64,000 nucleotides of DNA from an uncultured Chlamydiae bacterium. Lineage in GTDB: Bacteria > Chlamydiota > Chlamydiia > Chlamydiales > JAJFMB01. The notes under the pieces were generated by a model that did no database searches, was not told where the DNA came from, and saw only the letters and a program-made list of their open reading frames with translations. Location: NCBI GenBank assembly GCA_963696295.1, contig CAVOJR010000001.1, forward strand, positions 736,001 to 800,000, in the 5' to 3' direction. Numbering within the stretch: position 1 is the stretch's first letter; each line of letters starts with the position of its first letter. Position numbers and translations under genes: made by a program. Shown here in pieces: positions 1-9,100 of this stretch.

Positions 1-645
1 CTTATTCAGCAAATCCCAGGGTCTGCCCTGTATTTCCTCAGGTGGAGTCTTTTGCCTCTGATAGTAGTGTTTCAAAGCCATCTCGGCTTTCACTTCCGGC
101 AAGGTTCCCTGAAAAGATAAAGTTTCATCAGGCAACTGCAAAATAACGCTATTCCCTTTTTTGCTCAAAAGCCCTTCCAAAATAAAGTGCTTTTTCAAAT
201 CGGCAAACTTATTCCCGGTCCAGCGTCTGGCGCTCACACCGTAATCCACCATCGAGGCTTCGGAAACAGACTTCTTTAGGTAATCGGCAACTTTTGCCTC
301 CCAAAGGACCCCCACGCCCCTTTTTTTGCTCTCAATGAGCACGACGGACTGCAACAAATCATCGGTTGCTCTAAATGTCCTGCGCCCCTTCTCATCTTTT
401 GAGATTTCGATCAAAACATCACCGGAATCGGTAATCAGAAGAGCGCTTCCTTCCTCAGTTGTCTTCTGCAAAACTTCGGAAATCGATTTGGGGCGCAGGT
501 CGGGTAATAATCGCGAAAGGCTGGTCGTCGCTCCGTCGAGAATCGTAAAGGCAAATTCTGCCGCGCTTTCAGATGCCTGTATCACCTTGCCAGTAAAATA
601 TTTAACACAGGAAGAATCAGCAATTGCTTTAAATGAAACAGACAT
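1..645 (-). CDS. Hypothetical protein, partial (runs off left edge)
   Basis: Manual translation from ATG at 645 (MSVSFKAIADSSCVKYF...) stays open to base 1; AAGGTAGG RBS-like sequence upstream. Missing from the ORF track because it has no stop in the window. Confidence 0.75.
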   Translation of the reverse strand, partial: MSVSFKAIADSSCVKYFTGKVIQASESAAEFAFTILDGATTSLSRLLPDLRPKSISEVLQKTTEEGSALLITDSGDVLIEISKDEKGRRTFRATDDLLQSVVLIESKKRGVGVLWEAKVADYLKKSVSEASMVDYGVSARRWTGNKFADLKKHFILEGLLSKKGNSVILQLPDETLSFQGTLPEVKAEMALKHYYQRQKTPPEEIQGRPWDLLNK

Positions 646-875
646 ATTACCTACCTTTATTTAATTCGGATTAAGTTTATAAACTATAACTATTTTAAAT
701 TCAACACAAAAATGGCACGAAGGCGACAAATCATAATCATTTATTAATAACACCTCTAGCAGTTCAACCTAAAAATAACTCATTAAGATATTATAAACCA
801 ACAAAATAACATATATATTAGTTGACTTTTTAAATAATTTATTTCAAACTTTATTTATAAAGAAGGGGGGGATTT

Positions 876-3800
876 ATGCAACCAACAGAATCATCCAGTA
901 TCTATCTGCACCAAATCCAGGCTGCAGTTGCAGCTGTTGACAACCCGCATACCGCGGGCAGATATTTTGTCATCAAAAATGGTCACTTGGGCACAACTGT
1001 GGAATGCCCTAAGGACATGCAACTCTACGAAAGGGAAATGACAGCCTACATCCGAAAAATCGAAAATATCCCCTACGCCAGCAGCATTCATCAAACCTTA
1101 GGAAGAATGCAGGAACTTGTCAACCAACAACTTAGAATTAGCAAATCCTATCCGACTACTCCAGAGATTAAGCGTAAGCAAAGTATAGATTCTTCCGACT
1201 GGATAATCTCTCTGCATGACCGCTTGAAAGCGACTGAGCATAAACTGGACAGGCCTTACCTGAACTTTGATGAAGGCTGCATTATCACCTCGAGCAAAAA
1301 GCCCGACTCCCCAAGTGATGTCGTGGGAGGCATTTTGGATAAAGTGGAAACTATTCTAACAACTCAAAATTTAACCCCTGAAGAAGAGTCCTCCCTGAAA
1401 TATATTCTGATGTATTTAGCGGAAAAAGAACAACTTAGTAACGTTAAAGACACGCACATTGATCACAGAACAAAACTCATCGACACAATTACAGCAAGAG
1501 AACATGCCCGCGATGTAGCAGAGGGCGGCGAGCTGCCGAAAATAAACCTGGAAGAGCGCGCTCCCACAATCTCCTTGCCAAAAGACCAGGCGATCCTCCC
1601 AGCACTTACAAAAATTGCCTTTGATAATTGTAAGAATGACAAAGACTCGGAAAAAAAGGCGCTTGAAGGGCTGGGAAGTTTGCGCTTTGCCAACTTTGTT
1701 CCTCTAGGTGAACTCAAAGCTGACGTTGAAAGACTGAAGAATCGCCCTAACAAAACCCCGGAACAAAACCAGGATTTAGAGGCAAAACAAGCTATCTTAA
1801 CATGGATGGAAAACCATCCTGGCCCCATTCCCTCCCTTGCGGAATATGCCGGAGACCGATTAGAAGAGATGTCCGATATCGAACAGTTCTATGTTAACTT
1901 GTATCATGACTTTCAAGGGGCGACAAAAGCTGAAATAGAAACCAAAAAAGATCAAATTAAATCTGCCCTCTCCTATCAGGATCTCTATGCTCTGCAGCTC
2001 TTAAGAAGGATGAAGAGAAACGACCCTCCATTAGTTGATATCAACAGCGCCCCAAAAGCGATGCAGCAGAGAGCTGCCGGGGATGCCTACTCCAACAAAT
2101 CGCTGATTGAATTTTATGTAGATAGCTATACAAAGCAACTAAAGGGTACAAAATACAAAGCGAATATAGAGCAATTGGAAAAAGAGGTTTCGACTTTAGA
2201 CAACCTCAAACAAAAGCTCGATGAGATGGATGCCTCAAAGACAGGTTATAAAGAGGCGGCAAGTCAGATAAGAAGGAAAATTGCCGTGCTGGAAAAAGAG
2301 AATCCCCACTCAAAACTTCAGATCCTAATATCTATAATTAAAGAGGAGGCCACCACAAAAGCCGTCAAGGAAAACCTTCCCGTGGTGATTGCGGCCGGCT
2401 TCTATGATCCGAACGAATTCGGTAAAGACATTATTTATTTGCTGGAGGGCGAGGTGCCGATATCAAAGAACCCCCTTCTTTTAATGTCTGAAGACAACCT
2501 GCAAGTCAATGAGAGATCGGATATTTCATTATATGTTGAAGTGATGTTATCGCGTTATGTAGAAACCGGAAAACTAAAGCGGCACCAAAAAGAGGTGATA
2601 CTTGAGGAAGTTGATCATCTCATTGAAAACTATCAAAAAGTTTTCCCGGGCAAGGATCTCAAGCAGATATATAATCTTTGCGTGATGGCCGCAAGAACGA
2701 TGGCCTATCAGGAGTACTACGATAAAGCTGCGTTTACCGGGAGCGATCACGGCACAAAGCACATCCATCACAACATCTTGATGGCGAATCAATTTGTCGA
2801 TGGCATAAAAACGCTAAGCAGCTCGGATGTGAAGAAGAAAGACGTATTTGCGATCCAGCTGGTGCATATTTTCCATGACTTTGGCTACTCCACCGGACTT
2901 GCGGGCATTAATTTTAACGCCTGTAAGGATCACCCCATTGTCAGTGCGGCTTTTTTGAATGCCAACAAACAATTTTTTGTCGATATTTTAGATGAGGATA
3001 CGTATGACGCGGTAGTGCGCTCGGTTCAAAACCACGCCATCATACGACCCGATTTCACACCCGACCAAGGCCGGTTTCTAAGAACGTTTACAAGCAATGT
3101 TCAATCCAATCTTGTTCGTGCGCTCACCTCGACATCCGACTCCTGCGCGCTGACCGCCGACCGCAAGACGCAGGAATTTTGGGAGGATTTGGAGGCTATT
3201 AAAATCGCTGCCCGGTTGAAGGTGTTTGTCACCAACCATCCTGAGTATCAGGACAAGTTCAGTCCTCCGCCGCCTCAAAGCTATAAAGAAAATTATCGGG
3301 ATCAATTATTGAATTCCACAAACCCCATGGACCGTCTTGCTGCTGAGATATATGATAGCGTTCTTGACGATTTGAAAGGCCTGATCCACGATAATCCCAA
3401 CCTGCACCCCGATTTGAAAGAGCGATTTATGCATGCCATTGAGGAGCAGTTCAGTTATTTTGCCGCGAATATGGTAGTCGGCCAATTTGGCGCCGTCCTG
3501 GAAGGAGTCGGCGTCAGACGCAACGAAGGCGCCGGGCCTAAATACTTGCCCGAGTTTGATATCAGCCCCTCCTCGCTATATGCCATTTTGGAGGTAGGAT
3601 TTAGCGAAAAAGAGGCCTTTGCCGCCTTTAAAAAGCTCCTCGATGAATTTTCCGCCAGACCCGATAAGCTTGAGCAAGCGACCAAGGAAACCTCTCAAAA
3701 ATTGAGAGCCATCTACGAAATGAAAGCGGACTTTGAGAAGAAGTATCCATTTTGCAAGCTCGAAGAGGCCGAAGATTTGCACCTCGAAGACTTTGTCCGC

Positions 3801-4853
3801 CGAAAAGTATTTCCAACCAACTCCCAAGTACAGATAAAAAAACCTGAAGAGGTTGAGGAGTTTAACTGGCTAGCTAAAGTAGAACAAAAAAACGTCATAG
3901 TCATCGACGACCCAAGCCTCTACCAGACCTCCCACAGAACACCAAACGACGTCTACTTGTATGTGATAACGCCTGATAACACGAACGATTATATGGCCTT
4001 TGAAAGCGATTATCGGGCAGTCAAACTCAGAATCCGCACTGCCGTCGAGGGATCCGAGCACGACGTTACCGAGGCTAACGCCCACTTCCACGTCCACGCC
4101 CACCCCCAACTCGAAAAACCGGAAGAACACCGCTTCGGCAGCGCCGCCGGCCGCCACCTCGAGCAAGTCCGCCGCCACCAAGCCGTCACGGGTCCGGCCG
4201 CCGCTCCGTTTGCGGAGGTTCTGGAGAGGTTGTCACAAGGAAATAAACGAAAAGGGGAATTAGAAGAAGGTTTAAGAATTGGAAAAGTTAACCCACAATT
4301 AGTAAAAAATGTGGATCTTCAAGCGGCTGAATTCCAAACAGCCCAAGGGTTATTACAAAAAATTAATGCTGATTGGCAAACAGCACTGCAGCCTATAAAA
4401 CAAATGTTTGAAAATAACAAAGATTCACTAGCCTATGAATCCAGTCAAAAAGTCTTAAAGCAATACGTCCGTGAATTAGAAGCGCTCAGAGATAACCCTG
4501 CCAAGTTCACAGAAAAAGCTGTTAAAGATCTGAATGATAAATATAAGAATAAATTTGAAGATATAGACACTTTCTACAACGAGCAGGGTGTAAAGACAAA
4601 TTTTAAGGATACCTTCGACAACAGCACAAAAACACTTGCAGCAATTCTATGTCCTAATGCGAATAAATGGGGAGAAGGAGAAAAACTATTAAAGAATTGC
4701 TTTACATATCTAACAACACAGATGATGAGTGAGAGGAGTTTACTTTTCCTTTTGCCAAATGTGACAGGGACTCAGAATGCTCTAATTGCATTAAAATTAG
4801 ATGCAACAGATAAATTAAAAGCTCAAAGTTTAGTTACTCAAAATGCTCTCTAA
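876..4853 (+). CDS. Large (1325 aa) HD-domain metal-dependent phosphohydrolase-like protein, candidate effector
   Basis: Motifs SDHGTKH...IFHDFGY...DHP...NHA...SD fit the HD superfamily pattern; the N-terminal half is coiled-coil rich; purine-rich RBS. Confidence 0.65.
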   Translation: MQPTESSSIYLHQIQAAVAAVDNPHTAGRYFVIKNGHLGTTVECPKDMQLYEREMTAYIRKIENIPYASSIHQTLGRMQELVNQQLRISKSYPTTPEIKRKQSIDSSDWIISLHDRLKATEHKLDRPYLNFDEGCIITSSKKPDSPSDVVGGILDKVETILTTQNLTPEEESSLKYILMYLAEKEQLSNVKDTHIDHRTKLIDTITAREHARDVAEGGELPKINLEERAPTISLPKDQAILPALTKIAFDNCKNDKDSEKKALEGLGSLRFANFVPLGELKADVERLKNRPNKTPEQNQDLEAKQAILTWMENHPGPIPSLAEYAGDRLEEMSDIEQFYVNLYHDFQGATKAEIETKKDQIKSALSYQDLYALQLLRRMKRNDPPLVDINSAPKAMQQRAAGDAYSNKSLIEFYVDSYTKQLKGTKYKANIEQLEKEVSTLDNLKQKLDEMDASKTGYKEAASQIRRKIAVLEKENPHSKLQILISIIKEEATTKAVKENLPVVIAAGFYDPNEFGKDIIYLLEGEVPISKNPLLLMSEDNLQVNERSDISLYVEVMLSRYVETGKLKRHQKEVILEEVDHLIENYQKVFPGKDLKQIYNLCVMAARTMAYQEYYDKAAFTGSDHGTKHIHHNILMANQFVDGIKTLSSSDVKKKDVFAIQLVHIFHDFGYSTGLAGINFNACKDHPIVSAAFLNANKQFFVDILDEDTYDAVVRSVQNHAIIRPDFTPDQGRFLRTFTSNVQSNLVRALTSTSDSCALTADRKTQEFWEDLEAIKIAARLKVFVTNHPEYQDKFSPPPPQSYKENYRDQLLNSTNPMDRLAAEIYDSVLDDLKGLIHDNPNLHPDLKERFMHAIEEQFSYFAANMVVGQFGAVLEGVGVRRNEGAGPKYLPEFDISPSSLYAILEVGFSEKEAFAAFKKLLDEFSARPDKLEQATKETSQKLRAIYEMKADFEKKYPFCKLEEAEDLHLEDFVRRKVFPTNSQVQIKKPEEVEEFNWLAKVEQKNVIVIDDPSLYQTSHRTPNDVYLYVITPDNTNDYMAFESDYRAVKLRIRTAVEGSEHDVTEANAHFHVHAHPQLEKPEEHRFGSAAGRHLEQVRRHQAVTGPAAAPFAEVLERLSQGNKRKGELEEGLRIGKVNPQLVKNVDLQAAEFQTAQGLLQKINADWQTALQPIKQMFENNKDSLAYESSQKVLKQYVRELEALRDNPAKFTEKAVKDLNDKYKNKFEDIDTFYNEQGVKTNFKDTFDNSTKTLAAILCPNANKWGEGEKLLKNCFTYLTTQMMSERSLLFLLPNVTGTQNALIALKLDATDKLKAQSLVTQNAL

Positions 4854-4971
4854 ATTTTTAAATATATTGTTTATCTTATGAGCTAATAACATTTCTTCGC
4901 AAAGTTGCTTGCCACACTGTAACTACATAAAATTTATTTTATGATTGAACTATATATAGCTTCCTGATATT

Positions 4972-5565
4972 ATGCTTATTTTAATACAACTAATATGTAA
5001 CATGAATACTAATTCCTGTGTAAAGAAAGCATACTTTGAAAAATTACTCAATGCTTACAATATGATTCCGGCATATCATGCCCGAGTTCCTCTAAAACCT
5101 TCAGAAACTTATTACCCTGTTAGGGATACTTTAGGTATTATTGCTGATAGAGCCATTCAATTAGAGCAACAGGCAGGGACTAATCCTCTCCCAAAAAAAG
5201 AAATACTACTTCTAGAGTTAAAGGCTATTGCAGGTAATAAAGATAAAAACAAAGCTATCTATGATATTACTAAAAAAATCCATGAATTAGGCATTGAGGC
5301 AATCTATGCCCATCTTGATAAAGAAATCCACAAACTTGAAAGCGAAGATAAAGAGGATGAAGCTCAAAAATTGAAAAAAGAGAAAAAATATGTTGATAGC
5401 GTAGACCAATGGATTAAAGAACACAGTACATCCATTGACGGAAGCAAATGTGGAATTATCGGAGCTCCTGAAGTCTGCTTACCTAAATGGTACCGAGAAA
5501 TTTATAATCACGAACGTTGTTCATATTTAGAAATGTGGTCTACCTTTGAACCAACGGATTTCTAG
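4972..5565 (+). CDS. Hypothetical protein (true start may be downstream, e.g. MIPAY)
   Basis: 197 aa AT-rich ORF filling the gap between larger genes; no recognisable motif. Confidence 0.55.
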   Translation: MLILIQLICNMNTNSCVKKAYFEKLLNAYNMIPAYHARVPLKPSETYYPVRDTLGIIADRAIQLEQQAGTNPLPKKEILLLELKAIAGNKDKNKAIYDITKKIHELGIEAIYAHLDKEIHKLESEDKEDEAQKLKKEKKYVDSVDQWIKEHSTSIDGSKCGIIGAPEVCLPKWYREIYNHERCSYLEMWSTFEPTDF

Positions 5566-5597
5566 AACATTCCTAAACTAAATATTTATTGTTCTAC

Positions 5598-6149
5598 TTA
5601 ATAATCGGGCTGTAAAATATGTTGAAAATTAGCTTGAACAATGCTTAATGCTTCGTCAAAGGTTTCAATATGTTCTTTCCTATCAAATTTGTTTTCTGGC
5701 GGCTTTGTTACATAATATACTTTATCTTTAATATTCATAACATAATAAATAAATGGATCGTAATAATCAGTGTATATTGAAGTTCTAGAGGCAATGCTGA
5801 TGTCAACATTTTGCAAAGTGAATGGATAGTTAACAAGATATGGCCTAATTTCTTCGTTATTATTTATTTCATTTAAGAATTCAAGTACACAATCTACATA
5901 TATTTCGCGAGCCTCTTCCAGAGTAAGTGGTCGATAAATATGAAACATAACCCCTAATTTGTTTACATTATACATCATTCCATCAATTGTGCCGACAATA
6001 CACATATTGTATTTCCTAGCTAGTCTTTCACTTACTGAAGATCTTATCGCATCAGCTTTGGAGATATATTCAGGGACTGGTCTGCTAGGACCAAACGTAC
6101 AACAGCTAGTTAAGATCAAAACAAGAAAAATAAAATTTATCTTACGCAT
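5598..6149 (-). CDS. Putative RHS immunity protein with lipoprotein-like N-terminus
   Basis: Start overlaps the RHS stop (TAATG at 6147-6151); N-terminus MRKINFIFLVLILTSC resembles a lipobox; AT-rich like the toxin tip. Confidence 0.7.
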   Translation of the reverse strand: MRKINFIFLVLILTSCCTFGPSRPVPEYISKADAIRSSVSERLARKYNMCIVGTIDGMMYNVNKLGVMFHIYRPLTLEEAREIYVDCVLEFLNEINNNEEIRPYLVNYPFTLQNVDISIASRTSIYTDYYDPFIYYVMNIKDKVYYVTKPPENKFDRKEHIETFDEALSIVQANFQHILQPDY

Positions 6150-9100
6150 TAATATCCTCTAAATCGTTTGAATGCAAGTTCAATTGAATCTTCAAATGTA
6201 GGACTCCTAAATGAGTGATCCATATATGAAGCCCCGAATGCCGGTTCTAAAACGTGTAAGGTCCCTTGCTCAATCGCCCTTCTCCTGCCAAAATAATCTA
6301 AGTAGGGTACTATATCACGGGAGCTACAATAATGCGCAACCGAACCTGCTAAGTCCTTATCAATATACGCTCCGCCGGCAATAACGACTACATCTATCTG
6401 CGAGCTGATTTCGGGAGCGCAGTTGCGGAGGGCGTTGCGGACGTGGACGGCTCCTTCGCTGTGGCAAAACATGAGTATGCGCTTGCCGGGGTTGTTTTCG
6501 ACGTAATCAACCCAGGTGGTAAGGAGCTCGGTGGAGGCGTTGCTCATAGTGCCGCTTATGTTGTAAATGAAATAGCGGAGGAAATCGTCGAGCAAACCTT
6601 CGCCATCACAGGTATGCTGATGAATACCAACAATCGGGATTCCTTTACTCATTTGAGCGAGATATTCGAGATTCTTTTGGTACTCCCTTTTATTGTTCCT
6701 GACGCCGTTTTGAAACATGCAGATACCCGTTCCATCCTCATTTTCCTTTATATAGTACTTCGAAACGGTTGATAAATCCCTGGGAGGGCCAAACAGTTTA
6801 TAGGGGCCCGTGAAGGGCGCGGCGTGCGTTTGGCCGTTTTCCGGATTCACTGAAACGGCCAGGCCGCCTTCACTGAAGAGGATGGAGCAAAAGACGGCGC
6901 AAAGACGCCCAATTCCGCTCGAGGATAGGCCAAAGTGATCGACATATATGAGCGGATTGTTGCGGGCATAGGCATAGAGATTCGAACCATCCTCGTAGCC
7001 GGCTGGATCGGGATTCAGAAAGCGGCCGAGATGGGGCACGTAGAAGCGATTCCCAAAATATATAAGACCGCTCTCTTGGTCACGGCGCTTGCCGGCGTAG
7101 CCCCATGGGGTTTTTTGGGGGCTGCTCCCTTCACCAAAAGCCGTATAGGTGCGCTCTTCTACTTTGTTACCGTCGAAATCGAGGAGGGCTACTATGTGCC
7201 CGTTAATATCCTGCAAGGGGACATAGGGCCGCCCATCCATTTCAATGGCAATGGTGGTGCCGATCTCGGTGGCTGGGGTGCGCAGGAGGCGCAAATCGCG
7301 CAGGTGTTCGTCAAGGCTGCCGATCTCGCACTTCTCCATGTATAGGTAATGCAGGGTTGTATCGCCTTTCTTTGTGATGCGGCGGTTAAAGGGGTCATAG
7401 AGGTATTCATACTGCTTGCCGCCCTTGGTCACTTTGGTCAGGCGATTCAAGGCGTCATAGGAGTAGGTGGCCTCGCCGTCGTCTATGAGGTTCCCGTTGA
7501 GGTCGTAGCGATAATCGGCTATCTGATTGAGGTCGTTCAGCTTATAGGCCTTCCCATCCTTCATGCGGCGGTTGTGGAGCGAGTCGTACTCGTAGGTGTG
7601 ACCCTCTTCCGCTATGAGCTGGTTCAGCCCGTCATAGGCAAAAGTCTGGTTGTTATAGCCAATGAGATTGCCGGAAAGATAGTAACCATGCACTTTCTGC
7701 TCCCATAGGGGATGGGCAATCTCCACGGGACGGGAAAGAGCGTCATAGCTATAGGTTATCGCGCCGGCAGCCCCCGGGAGCCGGGCTTTCGTGAGGCGCC
7801 CTTGCGCGTCATACTCCTCATTGACATGGGTATACAAGAGGGCGCCATCGGGGGAATAGCGCTCGATGGTGCGCAAATAAAGGAAATCGTATTTGTAGCG
7901 AACGGAGGAGCGGTCGGGCAGGGTGAAGCGGGTGAGGCGCCCTAAAGGATCGTATTCGTAGAAGAGGCGATGGCTGTTCGCCAGGGTCTCTTCGGTGATT
8001 TTGCCGAAAGGGTCGTACTTCCTTTGGGTTTTCCCGCCATGCGCATCAATGACTTCGATGGGCAAATCGAGTGCGTTGTATTTGTAGGTGTAGTCTATGT
8101 CTTTGGACTTTAGCCGGGACAGGCGCCCTTTTTCGTCGTAGCTGTAATGGAGGCGGAGGCCGTTGGGCTGGATTGTGGTTATTTTTTCTCCGGCCTGGTT
8201 ATACTTGAATGTTGTGATTCTTTGCTCTTTCGACCCGGCAGCTTCGATCATCCTGACAAGGTGCCCCCGGCTATACTCCCAGGTGTTTGTGATCTCCCTC
8301 TCCAACCCCTCTTTGGTCTGCAAAAGCTCCCCCTTTCCATTGTAAAACATCTTCTTTTGGCTCAACAGATGCCCCAAGGGATCCCGCCTTTCCACTTTGG
8401 CATCGTGATTCAAGACGTTCTTCGTCACAATATTCTGATATCCGGATGGTTCTGTCGTGATGACTTGCGCGACTGAGTTGCCAAAATCATCCATTACCCC
8501 ATAACGGTATTCAATATGGGTCACATGTCCCATGGCGTCTTCGATCCTGACGGGGCGCTTAAAATCAAATTCTGTTTTTGTAAGCGACTCGCCTATTTTG
8601 ACGCTGCAGCAGTTGCCGTCGGCATCATAGGCGTAGGTTGTGGTATTTCCGTCCGTGATCTCTTTTGTGATCTGGCCTAAAAAGTCGTATTCTTTGAGGT
8701 GGGCGATATAGCGCGTTTCATCGAGCCACTCCCTAACCTCAGACTGATTTCCGAGGGTATCATAAATATAAGTGGTGCGCCTCCCCTCCCGTTTTTCGGC
8801 GATCAGCCGTCCGGCTCCATCGTATTCATAATAGGTGGTACTCCCCTCTCGATCCGTCTCGGAACAGAGGTGGAAGGCATTGTAATTGTAGGTCTTGTTT
8901 TCATCCTTGATCAAACGCCCAAATAGGTCATACTTATATTTGACGACATGGCCGTTCCGCAGGCAATTTTTGGCGAGCTTTCCTTTAATTGTGTAGAAAT
9001 TTGTCTCGGTAGAATCATCCGGATGCTGGATTTGCAACGGCTGCCCTAAAATGTTATTCTTCTTTTTGGTGATCAATCCGCACTGATCCTGATGCAGAAT

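Noticed and set aside
326..664. 112-aa plus-strand ORF
   Set aside because: Antisense to the longer minus-strand partial CDS, which has an RBS.
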